The translations under genes and the position numbers were made by a program. From positions 624 through 64,623 of the forward strand of contig CAYTRH010000001.1 in assembly GCA_964440155.1 (NCBI GenBank): 64,000 bases of DNA, written 5' to 3'. Positions 9,405-18,262 of the stretch are shown piece by piece (position 1 is the first letter of the stretch; each line of letters opens with the position of its first letter). This stretch comes from an uncultured Thiobacillus sp. GTDB lineage: Bacteria > Pseudomonadota > Gammaproteobacteria > Burkholderiales > Thiobacillaceae. Under the pieces are notes generated by a model. That model was not told the DNA's origin. It worked only from the letters and a program-made list of their open reading frames with translations, and did not search any database.

Positions 9405-10973
9405 TCAGGTGCCGACTTCCGCTGGCATTGGTCGCTCGGCAATGCCCAGTGCCGCGAATACCGGCAGCTCCTGACCCAGGAAGACGTGCGCCCGCGTCTC
9501 GAGCTCGGCGAGATTGTCCTCCTCAGATTCGATCACCCGGCCGTCGCGTAGTACGCCCTCGCCCTGGGGGGCGAGGATCGACCAGGTGAAACGTGCCAAA
9601 CTGCCGGCGTCGCCACAGCCGTGTTGCCAGCCGAGCATGAACAATTGCTGAAAGCGGCTGGCTTCGATGCCGCCGCCGGTGACCGGACTGGCGAGAAAGG
9701 CGATCTGGCCATCGCTGCGCGCACGGTCGAGCAGATGCGCGTTCAGCCGTCGGCAGTTGCAACGCGCTCCGGCAATGGCGGTGTCCGTCTGTGCCGCCTG
9801 TACGTCGCCACGATGCGCCAGCACGATCAGCGCGTGCAGAATCGCGGCCATGTCGAGGCCTGCGGCTGCGCTCAGGGCTTGCTCGATTTCCCCGAGGGAA
9901 TGCGGCCGGCCGTCGCCGAGATGGTCGAGCAACGGCAGGTAGAGCGGCTCGGCCAGGTCGGCCACACCCAGTGGTCCTTCGATTTCGAGCGCGATGGCCT
10001 GACGGGGTCGCGCCAACACCACACGCTCGGCACGCAGCGCTTCCGCCGCCTGCAATGGGGTCAATCGGCGTGCGCCCTTGATCCAGTAGTCCTTGCGAAA
10101 AGCCTTGTCGACGCAGAAGTCGCGCGTGTTCTCGCGCAGCGCGACCGAGTCGATCTCCGCCAGCAGGGACTGCTGTGCTTCGCTCAGGTTGATCGCATCG
10201 ATCCAGTCCAGGTAATGGGCACTGCCGGCGTAATCCAGTTTGGCCCCGGCGAGTTGCTCGGCCACGTCGGCGAAATCCATCGGCGTCCAGTCGCGGTTGA
10301 AGTATTCGTGCGCCAGATAGCGGGTATCCCGGCTCATCAGGTCGTGCAGGCGCCGAGTCAGTTCGGGATCGGCATGGAAATGCCGGGCGTCGACCGCCGA
10401 CAGCCGATCGGCGAACGCCAGCGCCTCGCCGATGCGGCGTGCAGTGCTGGCGCCGGGGCCGCTCATCAGCCGGTAATGCTGGATCAACAGGCGGCGCAGG
10501 GGCAGCATGCGCGCCCAGCCGACCAGGGTGTTGTAACTCAGGTAGAGCACGCCGCCCACTTCCAGATGCAGGCGCGCGAACTCGACGATGCGTACGCGCT
10601 CCTCCGCCGACACCCAACTCCACACCCCGTGCAGGCCGATGTAATCGAAGCGGGGCAGATCGTCGCGTCGCAGGAAGTCGGCGAACGACTGATCGGTCAG
10701 TTCGGTCTGCGCGCCGGCCGCATCGGTCAGCGCCCGCGCGAAACCGGCCTGGGCCGGCAGGAAGTCGTTGCCCCACCAACGAGTGGCGCCGGCGGCCGCA
10801 TGGATCGCCACGCTCAGCCCTTGGCCGAAGCCGAGCTCGCAGGCGGTGCGCATGGGCGGCGGTGCGATGCCGGCGGCAAGCAGCACCAGGCGCACGCGCA
10901 GCGGGTTCAGTTCCCGATAGTAGCCGTAGGTGTAGCCGATATCAGCGACGTAGCCGCCGGTCCAGTCGTTCAT
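9405..10973 (-). CDS. Class I SAM-dependent methyltransferase with a C-terminal 'methyltransferase regulatory' domain
   Basis: About 522 aa from the internal ATG. MNDWTGGYVADIGYTYGYYRELNP... is followed by the SAM motif ACELGFGQG. This is the conserved N-terminus of the large uncharacterised MethyTransf_Reg family. Confidence 0.75.
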   Translation of the reverse strand: MNDWTGGYVADIGYTYGYYRELNPLRVRLVLLAAGIAPPPMRTACELGFGQGLSVAIHAAAGATRWWGNDFLPAQAGFARALTDAAGAQTELTDQSFADFLRRDDLPRFDYIGLHGVWSWVSAEERVRIVEFARLHLEVGGVLYLSYNTLVGWARMLPLRRLLIQHYRLMSGPGASTARRIGEALAFADRLSAVDARHFHADPELTRRLHDLMSRDTRYLAHEYFNRDWTPMDFADVAEQLAGAKLDYAGSAHYLDWIDAINLSEAQQSLLAEIDSVALRENTRDFCVDKAFRKDYWIKGARRLTPLQAAEALRAERVVLARPRQAIALEIEGPLGVADLAEPLYLPLLDHLGDGRPHSLGEIEQALSAAAGLDMAAILHALIVLAHRGDVQAAQTDTAIAGARCNCRRLNAHLLDRARSDGQIAFLASPVTGGGIEASRFQQLFMLGWQHGCGDAGSLARFTWSILAPQGEGVLRDGRVIESEEDNLAELETRAHVFLGQELPVFAALGIAERPMPAEVGT

Positions 10974-11238
10974 CGTGCGATCCCCTATCGAATGCAGTGC
11001 CGCCACAGGATCATGCAAGAACTGCCGGCGGCGTCAGTCCGGTGCATCAGGCTGCGCCAAGGCAGCCTACACCATGCCGAGCCGGAACACACCCGAGAGC
11101 TACTCGAACAACCCGCTACGCGGCTGGATGGCTGCGTTATGCGGTGCTCGTTCCCGCGCCCGGCTATTGGTATGTCTCGGTCGTGGCACAGGGCATGCAC
11201 GGCGCGCTCGCCGCACTCGCGCAGCAGCTCGCTCTGGC

Positions 11239-11706
11239 TTATTTTTCCCGATCGTCAACGACGTCTTGCGTGCCCCGCGCCATCGCTTCAATGTCCGGGC
11301 GCGAGGCCATGTTCTGTCCGCCTGGTTCTACTCGAAGAAAGGGCAGGGGATTGCCGCTCATGGCGTCCTGCATGCGTTCGCTGAACAAGCGCTGCTGCTT
11401 CACGAACGACTCCAGGCTCTGATCGAGGAAGGTGGTGAACGTCGCCTGCGCGGTGTCGCCATGGCAGCGTATGAAGCGTGCCAGCATGGCGGCGGTAAAC
11501 AGTGGCGCGCCGCCCGATTCCTGCTCTAGGATGATCTGCAACAGGATGGCGCGGGTGAGGTCTTCCCCGGTCTGTGAGTCGACGACCCGGAACGGGATGG
11601 CGTGAATGACCAGCTGTCTCACCTCCGCCAGGGTGACGTAACGGCTCTCCTCCGTGTCATACAGGCGACGGTTGGGGTATTTTTTGATCAGACGTTCACT
11701 CGTCAT
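11239..11706 (-). CDS. phaR: Polyhydroxyalkanoate synthesis repressor PhaR
   Basis: 155 aa. The N-terminus IKKYPNRRLYDTEESRYVTLAEVRQLV...DLTRAILLQIILEQE is the diagnostic PhaR N-terminus. Confidence 0.92.
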   Translation of the reverse strand: MTSERLIKKYPNRRLYDTEESRYVTLAEVRQLVIHAIPFRVVDSQTGEDLTRAILLQIILEQESGGAPLFTAAMLARFIRCHGDTAQATFTTFLDQSLESFVKQQRLFSERMQDAMSGNPLPFLRVEPGGQNMASRPDIEAMARGTQDVVDDREK

Positions 11707-11740
11707 GGTGTTCTCCCCGGACAGGGCGGTGAGCCGCGAT

Positions 11741-11860
11741 CAGCTGATGTACGGTTGCGGTCGGCTCCGGAATGGGCAGTCCTGGCCGAACGGTTCCGGG
11801 CGGCCGTTGATGCAGGCATTGCTGGTCACCCGGTACCAGCCCCAGCCCTTGTTCATCATG
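11741..11860 (-). CDS. Candidate 39-aa small protein (MMNKGWGWYRVTSNACINGRPEPFGQDCPFRSRPQPYIS)
   Basis: It is below the ORF-track size cutoff and was found by hand translation. About 32 of 37 sense codons end in G/C, as in real genes here. It ends 34 nt upstream of phaR on the same strand. Its ATG overlaps (ATGA) the stop of a 19-aa uORF (11857..11916) that has a good SD (GGGGAGA-N7-ATG). Confidence 0.3.
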
Positions 11861-12375
11861 CCCTCGATGAGCCGGCCGCTGCCGGAGCCGCGTAGACCGC
11901 GCTGTCATCGGACATGCGGACGTCTCCCCGAATTGGCACCGCAGTCGATTCTAACGCCATTCATGGCACGCACTCGACACGAGATGTTGCGTTGCACAAG
12001 AGTGCTTTCGGGCCACCTCGAACGAAGTGCCGGGCGTCCGCGTGACTGGGTTGCACGCTGCTCGCTCCCTCGCCTATCTCTATCTGTTTAATATGTCTCG
12101 GTCACTGCGCTCCGTGCGACGTCCTCTCCAGCCACTCGCCACGGTTTTCCGAAGTACCCCAGGGTTATTTCCCGCTGGCCAAAGACATGGCTCCCAACGA
12201 TGGGCACGCGGCGAAGCAGGACGAAGCGCCGATGTCGGTGAGACCAGCGATCCGGAACCAGTGGATGGATACGTGAAACCGAACGGTCGTCGCCGGTGAT
12301 TGGCCAGCGGCCGATGCACGTCTGCCGATGCGTTGACGCGCTTGGCCCATCAATGCGGGCCGGCGGCGCGACGCT

Positions 12376-13917
12376 TCAGGCTTTGACCTTGGCCAGACCG
12401 CGAGCGGCCTGCAGGCACAACATCTTGAAGTCGGTATAGATCAGCGGGTCGAGCGCCGCGCCGTTGCGACCCCGATCGGCATAGATCAGGGCGATCGGGC
12501 GGTTGCCCTGGTGCAGGCTCATGGCGAAGAACTCGTTGTCGCCCAGCAGCGGGCGCAGATGCGGGGCGATCATGGGCAGCAGTTTGGCGCGATTGCCGTC
12601 GTTGAGCCACACGCCCTGCATCTTGGTCATCAGTTGCGCGAACAGATCCTTGCCGGTCAGCGGGAACTCGAAGTGGCGCAGCGGATCGTCGCTGGCCACG
12701 CCCAACGTGAAGCGGGTCTTCACGCGCGCGCCATCGGGCGTCACCATGGCGAACAGGATGCGCGCCAGGCCGAGGCCGGAATGCAGGCCCTTGAGGATCA
12801 CCGCCGACATTTGATTGATGGTGTAGCTGCCGTCCAGATGGGCCTCGATGTTTTTCAGGCTCTGCTGGAACACCTGTTTGTCCGGCAGCGGACACGCGGC
12901 GGCGGGCGCGGGAGTGGCGGACGTCGCCGGTGACGGTTGGGACGCCTGTGTCGCCAGGGGGGTGGTGGCCGGGGCAGGCTCAGGCCGAGCCGGAGCGGGC
13001 GCGGATACCGGTTGCTGCGCTGCGGCTTCGTCCTCGTCGTCTTCGTCCGGCGGCCAGGAACCGGGCAACATCGGGCACCAGGCCGCAGCCGGCGGTGTGC
13101 TGAGCCAGTCACAGGCACGGGCGACGCGCGCCGCGTTGGCATGCACCGTGGCGATGACGGTCTCCACCGGCGTGTTCTCGACCCCGGCCAGGGCGATGTA
13201 ATCGGTCACCAGGGCTTCGTCCCACCAGCCGCGTTCGCTGCGTTCGGCGATGTCGATACAGGCGCTGACGATGCACTGGCGCGGCCGCTCGCCGTTCGCC
13301 ATGACCAACAGCTCACGCGATGTGGCGGGAAGCTGCCAGTCGGTCAGTACGGCAGGGCGCAACGTGTCCAGTGTCGTACCCAGGACGGCCTGATCGGCGG
13401 CGATCGCACCCATGCGGCGACGCGCGCGATACCAACGCGGCGCAAGTTCCGGTACGCGCAACAGCAGCAGGTACTCCGGCAGGTAATGCAGCAGTGCCGC
13501 CACCTGCACTTCTTCGGCATGTACATCGGCGTGCAGTACGGCGAAATCACGTGCCTGCCAGGCGGCATGCTGGGCGCGGCGCGTCAGCGCATGCAGCTTG
13601 CGCAGGAGGTAGGGGTCACGCGCGGCCGGCGTATCCTCCAACACCGGCAGCCGGCGCGCCGCGTCGATATAGGCGCCGATGCCGTGCATCATCAGGCCGT
13701 GCTCCACCGTCGTCACTTCCGTGCCGTAGCGCTCGCCGACCTTCCTGTTGATGGTGTACAGCAACTGGTAACTGGCCAGCGGGTCGGCCAGCACCTCGGT
13801 CGCCAACTGGCGGGCGGTGATAGCCTCGCGCCGATCGCTCATGCCGACGACCGCCGTCCGGGTGCGCCGGAACATCGGCAGTTCGCCCGGTTGCAGCCGT
13901 TCGATCCAATCGGTCAC
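12376..13917 (-). CDS. HDOD-like domain / Pro-Ala-rich linker / GAF-like domain signalling protein
   Basis: 513 aa. The N-terminal region (LATEVLADPLASYQLLYTINRKVG...VEHGLMMHGIGAY) is HDOD-like. It has a low-complexity linker (PVSAPAPARPEPAPATTP...) and a C-terminal GAF-like fold. It has the same architecture as ORF 54228..55676. Confidence 0.6.
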   Translation of the reverse strand: MTDWIERLQPGELPMFRRTRTAVVGMSDRREAITARQLATEVLADPLASYQLLYTINRKVGERYGTEVTTVEHGLMMHGIGAYIDAARRLPVLEDTPAARDPYLLRKLHALTRRAQHAAWQARDFAVLHADVHAEEVQVAALLHYLPEYLLLLRVPELAPRWYRARRRMGAIAADQAVLGTTLDTLRPAVLTDWQLPATSRELLVMANGERPRQCIVSACIDIAERSERGWWDEALVTDYIALAGVENTPVETVIATVHANAARVARACDWLSTPPAAAWCPMLPGSWPPDEDDEDEAAAQQPVSAPAPARPEPAPATTPLATQASQPSPATSATPAPAAACPLPDKQVFQQSLKNIEAHLDGSYTINQMSAVILKGLHSGLGLARILFAMVTPDGARVKTRFTLGVASDDPLRHFEFPLTGKDLFAQLMTKMQGVWLNDGNRAKLLPMIAPHLRPLLGDNEFFAMSLHQGNRPIALIYADRGRNGAALDPLIYTDFKMLCLQAARGLAKVKA

Positions 13918-14678
13918 GTCGGCATCCTCCAGATCAGCAGACGGGCACCGGACAGATCGCCGAGTTCGACCACCTCATGCGGCGCGGCATCGGGTACCGT
14001 GAAGCTGTTGCTGACCAGCAGGCTGCCCGGACGCATCTCGGCGTTGGCTTTGTGCCATAGGCGCGGCATGGCGGCGGGGGACAGGTAGGCATATACCACG
14101 TCGGCCTGGCCGAGATCTGTGTGCCACAGGTCGGCGAGCCGGATTTCGGCGCGGCCGGCGAGGCGCAGTTTGGCCAGCAACCAGTTCAACGGGGCGGACT
14201 CGACCCCCACCAGCCGGACATCCGGGCGCAGTCGGGCCACGCGCGCCAGCGGCCCGCCCAGACCGCAACCGAGGTCGATCAGGGTGCTTTCGGCCGGCAG
14301 CCGCTGCGCGAGCGCCTCGGCGGCGCGCGCGCTGGACAGATACAAAGGCACGCGATGACGGATGGCACCCAACGAGGTCAGAGCCAGAAGCACAAAGCCG
14401 GCCAGGAACCAGTCGGGGTCCAAGTCGGCGTGCGTGGCCAGCCACAACGCCGGCACGAACAGCAGGTTGATCGCCAGCCACCACACCGGCAACCGCCACC
14501 ATGCGGCCAACGTCGCGGCGCTGACGCCGATGCCCAAGGCCAGCAGCCAGGCGGGCAGGGTGAGGCCGGCGCCAACCATGGCCAGAGCCAGCCCGATGCC
14601 GGGCAGATGCGCCAGCAGCGCGCCCAACGCCGGGTGGGACGTGAAGCGCTGGGGGCGCAGGACTTCAGCGGCGCACAT
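13914..14678 (-). CDS. Membrane-anchored class I SAM-dependent methyltransferase
   Basis: 254 aa. The N-terminal half has about 4 hydrophobic helices. The C-terminal half carries the SAM-binding motif LIDLGCGLGGP. It overlaps motB by 14 nt and the HDOD gene by 4 nt. Confidence 0.7.
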   Translation of the reverse strand: MCAAEVLRPQRFTSHPALGALLAHLPGIGLALAMVGAGLTLPAWLLALGIGVSAATLAAWWRLPVWWLAINLLFVPALWLATHADLDPDWFLAGFVLLALTSLGAIRHRVPLYLSSARAAEALAQRLPAESTLIDLGCGLGGPLARVARLRPDVRLVGVESAPLNWLLAKLRLAGRAEIRLADLWHTDLGQADVVYAYLSPAAMPRLWHKANAEMRPGSLLVSNSFTVPDAAPHEVVELGDLSGARLLIWRMPT

Positions 14679-15570
14679 CCAGCTTCTCCGCCACCGCCTG
14701 GGCGGAATCGGCGTCGAACTGGCGACCCTCGCGCATGATGGCGTCCTCCGCCTGACGGTTCATCACGATGATGGAAATGCGCCGATTGACCGGTGCCGAC
14801 GGATTGTCGTGATCGAACGGAATGGCCGAAGCCAGACCGACCACACGCAGCACCTTGCCTTCCTCCAGACCACCCGCGACCAGTTCCCGCCGTGACGCGT
14901 TGGCGCGGTCGGCCGACAACTCCCAGTTGCTGTAGCCGCGTTCGCCGCCGATGAACGGCACCGCGTCGGTATGGCCGGACAGGCTGATACGGTAGGGCAC
15001 TTCATTCAAGGTCTTGCCGATCTCGCGCAGGATCTCGCGGGTGTAGGGTTTCATCACCGCGCCGCCGGAATCGAACATGGGGCGGTTCTGTTCGTCGACG
15101 ATCTGGATGCGCAGCCCTTCGGTGGTGATGTCGATCTTGAGCTGGTTCTTGAACTGGGCCATGTTGGGGTTGCTGGCGATGGCGCGGTCCAGCTTCTCCT
15201 TGAGGTCGGACAGGCGCGCGGCGTCCTGACGCGCCTCGGCCGCTTTCTGTTCGTCGCTCTTCTCCACCTCGCCGCGTTTGACCTGACCGGTTCGGCGCGT
15301 CAGATCCTCGCCGCCGCCCTTGATGAGACTGGTGGCGTCGCCGGCGCCTTCGCCACCGAGCAGGGCGACCTTGAGCGGCGTGTTGAAGTGGTCGGCGATG
15401 CCCTGCAACGTCGCCTTGGTGGCGGAGCCGAGCAGCCACATCAACAGGAAGAATGCCATCATCGCGGTGACGAAGTCCGCATAGGCGATCTTCCAGGCGC
15501 CGCCGTGCGCGCCGCCGGCCACTTTCTTGATGCGTTTGATGACGATCGGGCGTTGTGAATCATCAGCCAT
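14665..15570 (-). CDS. motB: Flagellar motor stator protein MotB
   Basis: 301 aa. N-terminus: GGAWKIAYADFVTAMMAFFLLMWLL, with the conserved Asp in the TM segment. It has a C-terminal OmpA-like peptidoglycan-binding domain (SGHTDAVPF...NWELSADRANASRRELV). Confidence 0.9.
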   Translation of the reverse strand: MADDSQRPIVIKRIKKVAGGAHGGAWKIAYADFVTAMMAFFLLMWLLGSATKATLQGIADHFNTPLKVALLGGEGAGDATSLIKGGGEDLTRRTGQVKRGEVEKSDEQKAAEARQDAARLSDLKEKLDRAIASNPNMAQFKNQLKIDITTEGLRIQIVDEQNRPMFDSGGAVMKPYTREILREIGKTLNEVPYRISLSGHTDAVPFIGGERGYSNWELSADRANASRRELVAGGLEEGKVLRVVGLASAIPFDHDNPSAPVNRRISIIVMNRQAEDAIMREGRQFDADSAQAVAEKLDVRR

Positions 15571-15606
15571 CGCGGGTCTCCCGGTTGTGTGCCTTCAGGC
15601 CGTCGC

Positions 15607-16467
15607 TCACTTGCCCTTGCGCTGCTTGATGTCCTCTTCCAACTCGCGGAAGCTGGGACGTTCGTTGGCGTACAGCACCTTGCGTCCGAATTCCACGCTG
15701 ACCTGCGGCGCGAAGCCATTGAGCGAGGCCAGCAGCACCACCTTGACGGTCTGCAACACCTTGGTGGACTCGTTGGCCTTGGTCTCCAGCACGCTGGCCA
15801 GCGGCGCCATGAAGCCGTAGGACAGCAGGATGCCGAGGAAGGCACCGACCAGAGCCTTGGCGATCAGACCGCCCAACTCAGGCGGCGGCAGATGCAGTGA
15901 GCCCATGGTGATCACCACGCCCATCACCGCGGCGACGATGCCGAACGCCGGCAGCGCGTCGGACATCTTGGCGACCGCGTGCGAGACGTGCATCTCCTCC
16001 TGGTTGTGGGTCTCGATCTCGCTGTCCATCAGGCTCTCGATCTCCATGGCGTTGAGATTGCCGCCCACCATCATGCGCAGATAGTCGGTGATGAACTCGA
16101 CCAGGTGATGGTTGGCGGTGATGGTCGGGTATTTGGAAAAAATGGCGCTCTTGTCCGGCTCTTCGACGTCGTTCTCCAGCGCCATCAGGCCCTCCTTGCG
16201 CGCCTTGGCCAACAGTTCGAACAACAGGCCGAGCAGCTCCATGTAAAAGGTCTTGGTGTACTGCGAGCCCTTGAAACAACTGGCCAGGCCGGAGAGCGTG
16301 TGCTTGAGCGCGTGCGCGTTGTTGGCGGCGATGAAGGCGCCCAGCGCGCCACCGAAGATCATGATGAATTTGGTGGGCTGGATCAGTGCCGCGATGGGCC
16401 CGCCGATGGCGACATAGGCGCCGAAGATGCAGCCGAGGGCGACGACCCAGCCGATGATCACGAACAT
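15607..16467 (-). CDS. motA: Flagellar motor stator protein MotA
   Basis: 286 aa. It is collinear with E. coli MotA over its full length as I recall it (ALPAFGIVAAVMGVV, FLGILLSYGF, NGFAPQVSVEFGRK, ERPSFRELEE). Confidence 0.92.
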   Translation of the reverse strand: MFVIIGWVVALGCIFGAYVAIGGPIAALIQPTKFIMIFGGALGAFIAANNAHALKHTLSGLASCFKGSQYTKTFYMELLGLLFELLAKARKEGLMALENDVEEPDKSAIFSKYPTITANHHLVEFITDYLRMMVGGNLNAMEIESLMDSEIETHNQEEMHVSHAVAKMSDALPAFGIVAAVMGVVITMGSLHLPPPELGGLIAKALVGAFLGILLSYGFMAPLASVLETKANESTKVLQTVKVVLLASLNGFAPQVSVEFGRKVLYANERPSFRELEEDIKQRKGK

Positions 16468-16479
16468 GCTCAGGTTCTC

Positions 16480-17076
16480 CTAGTCGATCGATTCTTGTCG
16501 CAGCATACGCCGAACCGGGCCGAACGTGCGCCGGTGCGCGGTGCACGGACCATGCGCGTGCAGGGCCGCGAGATGCTCCGCGGTGGGATAGCCGGCGTGC
16601 CGATCGAAACCGTACGCCGGGTGGATATCGGCGAGGCGGCGCATTTCTTTATCCCGCTCCGTCTTGGCCAGGATGGAGGCGGCACTGATGCAAGGCTCGC
16701 TGACGTCGCCGCGCACGATGGCGCGTGACGCGATGGGCAGATCGGGACACCGGTTGCCGTCCACCAGCGCGAGCGTCGCCTGCGGCCGCAGTCCGAGCAC
16801 GGCGCGGCGCATGGCCAGCATGGTCGCGCCGAGAATGTTGAGGGCTTCGATCTCCGCCACACTGGCGCTGGCGACGTGCCAGGCTAGGGCGTGCGCGCGG
16901 ATCGCATCGGCCAGGCGCACGCGGTTGGCGGCAGCCAGCTTTTTGGAATCCTTGAGGCCAGGAATGGGTCTTGCCGGATCCAGGATCACCGCAGCGGCGT
17001 ACACGGGTCCGGCCAGCGGCCCGCGCCCCGCCTCGTCGACCCCGCAGATCAGCGCCGTCTCAGCCATCGTCGTCAT
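16480..17076 (-). CDS. rnhB: Ribonuclease HII
   Basis: 198 aa. It carries [24 protein letters not shown] and DSKKL motifs. It follows lpxB as in most Gammaproteobacteria. Confidence 0.95.
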   Translation of the reverse strand: MTTMAETALICGVDEAGRGPLAGPVYAAAVILDPARPIPGLKDSKKLAAANRVRLADAIRAHALAWHVASASVAEIEALNILGATMLAMRRAVLGLRPQATLALVDGNRCPDLPIASRAIVRGDVSEPCISAASILAKTERDKEMRRLADIHPAYGFDRHAGYPTAEHLAALHAHGPCTAHRRTFGPVRRMLRQESID

Positions 17077-17083
17077 GACAACG

Positions 17084-18220
17084 TCAGGCCAGGAACGGGC
17101 GCAAGGCGCGGGCGATCAGCGCCGGCGTGTCACGCTTCAATCGCGCCCGCTGGGTGCGAAACATGCGGGTCTGCCGGGCTGCCGCTTCCGGATCGGCCAG
17201 CAGCCGATGCACAGCCTCGGCCAGCGCATGGGGCTCGGCCTGATGCTGGATCAGCTCCGGCACGACGGCATCGCCGGCCAGGATATTGGGCAGCCCGATC
17301 CAGGGCAGCAGCGCCTGCCGCCGCATGATCTGCCAGGTCAGCCAGGGCACGCGATAGGTGATGACGTGCGGACAGTCCAGCAGCAGGGCTTCGAGCGTGG
17401 CCGTTCCTGAAGCGATCAACGCAGCGTCGGCAGCTTGCAGCGCATCGTGCGCATGGCCGTAGAGCATGCGGACCGGCAGTTGCGTGGCGCCCTGCTCATG
17501 CAGTTGGCGTTCGAAACGCATACGCGTAGCACGGTTGACCAGCGGAATCAGGAAACGCACCTGCGGTCGTTGCTCGACCAGTTGCCGCGCTGCGGCGATA
17601 CATAGCGTGCCGAGCGATTCCAGTTCGCTCATGCGGCTGCCGGGCATCAGCACCACGTATTCGCCGTCCGCCGTCAGGCCGAGGCGTTCGCGCGCACGCG
17701 CGCGGTTCGGCTCGGGCAGCGCGTGCGCCAGCGGGTGGCCGACGTAAGTGGCCGGAATGCCGGCGCGCTGATAGATCTCCTCCTCGAACGGGAAGATCAG
17801 CAAAGTGTGATCGGCAGCGCGCCGTACTTTCTCGATGCGGCGCGGCCGCCATGCCCATACCGACGGACTGACGAAGTGGGCCGTGGCGATGCCGGCACGC
17901 CTGAGATCGCGTTCCAGCGCGAGATTGAAATCCGGCGCGTCGATGCCGATGAACAGGTGCGGCGGCCGTGCCAGCAGTTCCCTGCGCAGGTCCCGGCGTA
18001 TGGCCAGAATGCGGCGCAGGCTGCCCAGCGCCTCGACATAACCGCGCACCGACAGCGCATCCAGGTCGTGCAGCGAACGCGCACCGGCGGCCTGCATGCG
18101 CGGCCCGGCAATGCCGTAGAAGCCGTCGGCCAGCCCGGCGTGCTTGAGCGCGTCGATGAGCAAACCGCCCAGCAGATCGCCGGATGCCTCGCCGGCGACC
18201 ACGGCGACCAGACGCGCCAT
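17084..18220 (-). CDS. lpxB: Lipid-A-disaccharide synthase
   Basis: From ORF 17084..18256. I chose the ATG at 18220 ([19 protein letters not shown]...), which matches the LpxB N-terminus. The alternative start is 18256. Confidence 0.93.
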   Translation of the reverse strand: MARLVAVVAGEASGDLLGGLLIDALKHAGLADGFYGIAGPRMQAAGARSLHDLDALSVRGYVEALGSLRRILAIRRDLRRELLARPPHLFIGIDAPDFNLALERDLRRAGIATAHFVSPSVWAWRPRRIEKVRRAADHTLLIFPFEEEIYQRAGIPATYVGHPLAHALPEPNRARARERLGLTADGEYVVLMPGSRMSELESLGTLCIAAARQLVEQRPQVRFLIPLVNRATRMRFERQLHEQGATQLPVRMLYGHAHDALQAADAALIASGTATLEALLLDCPHVITYRVPWLTWQIMRRQALLPWIGLPNILAGDAVVPELIQHQAEPHALAEAVHRLLADPEAAARQTRMFRTQRARLKRDTPALIARALRPFLA

Positions 18221-18262
18221 GTCGGTAGGCAAGCCGATCCCCCCCTGGCGCACCATGAGCGG

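Noticed and set aside
11935-11950. A TGGCAC motif suggestive of a sigma-54 -24 element on the plus strand.
   Set aside because: The -12 position reads TCGA, not TTGC. No plus-strand gene lies downstream, because the next gene is convergent.
12027-12319. ORFs 12027..12299(+) (90 aa) and 12080..12319(-) (79 aa) in the phaR-upstream gap.
   Set aside because: The translations are Arg/Pro/Ser-rich with no recognisable domain. They have no SD and lower third-position GC bias than real genes here, and they overlap each other on opposite strands. They are more likely non-coding.
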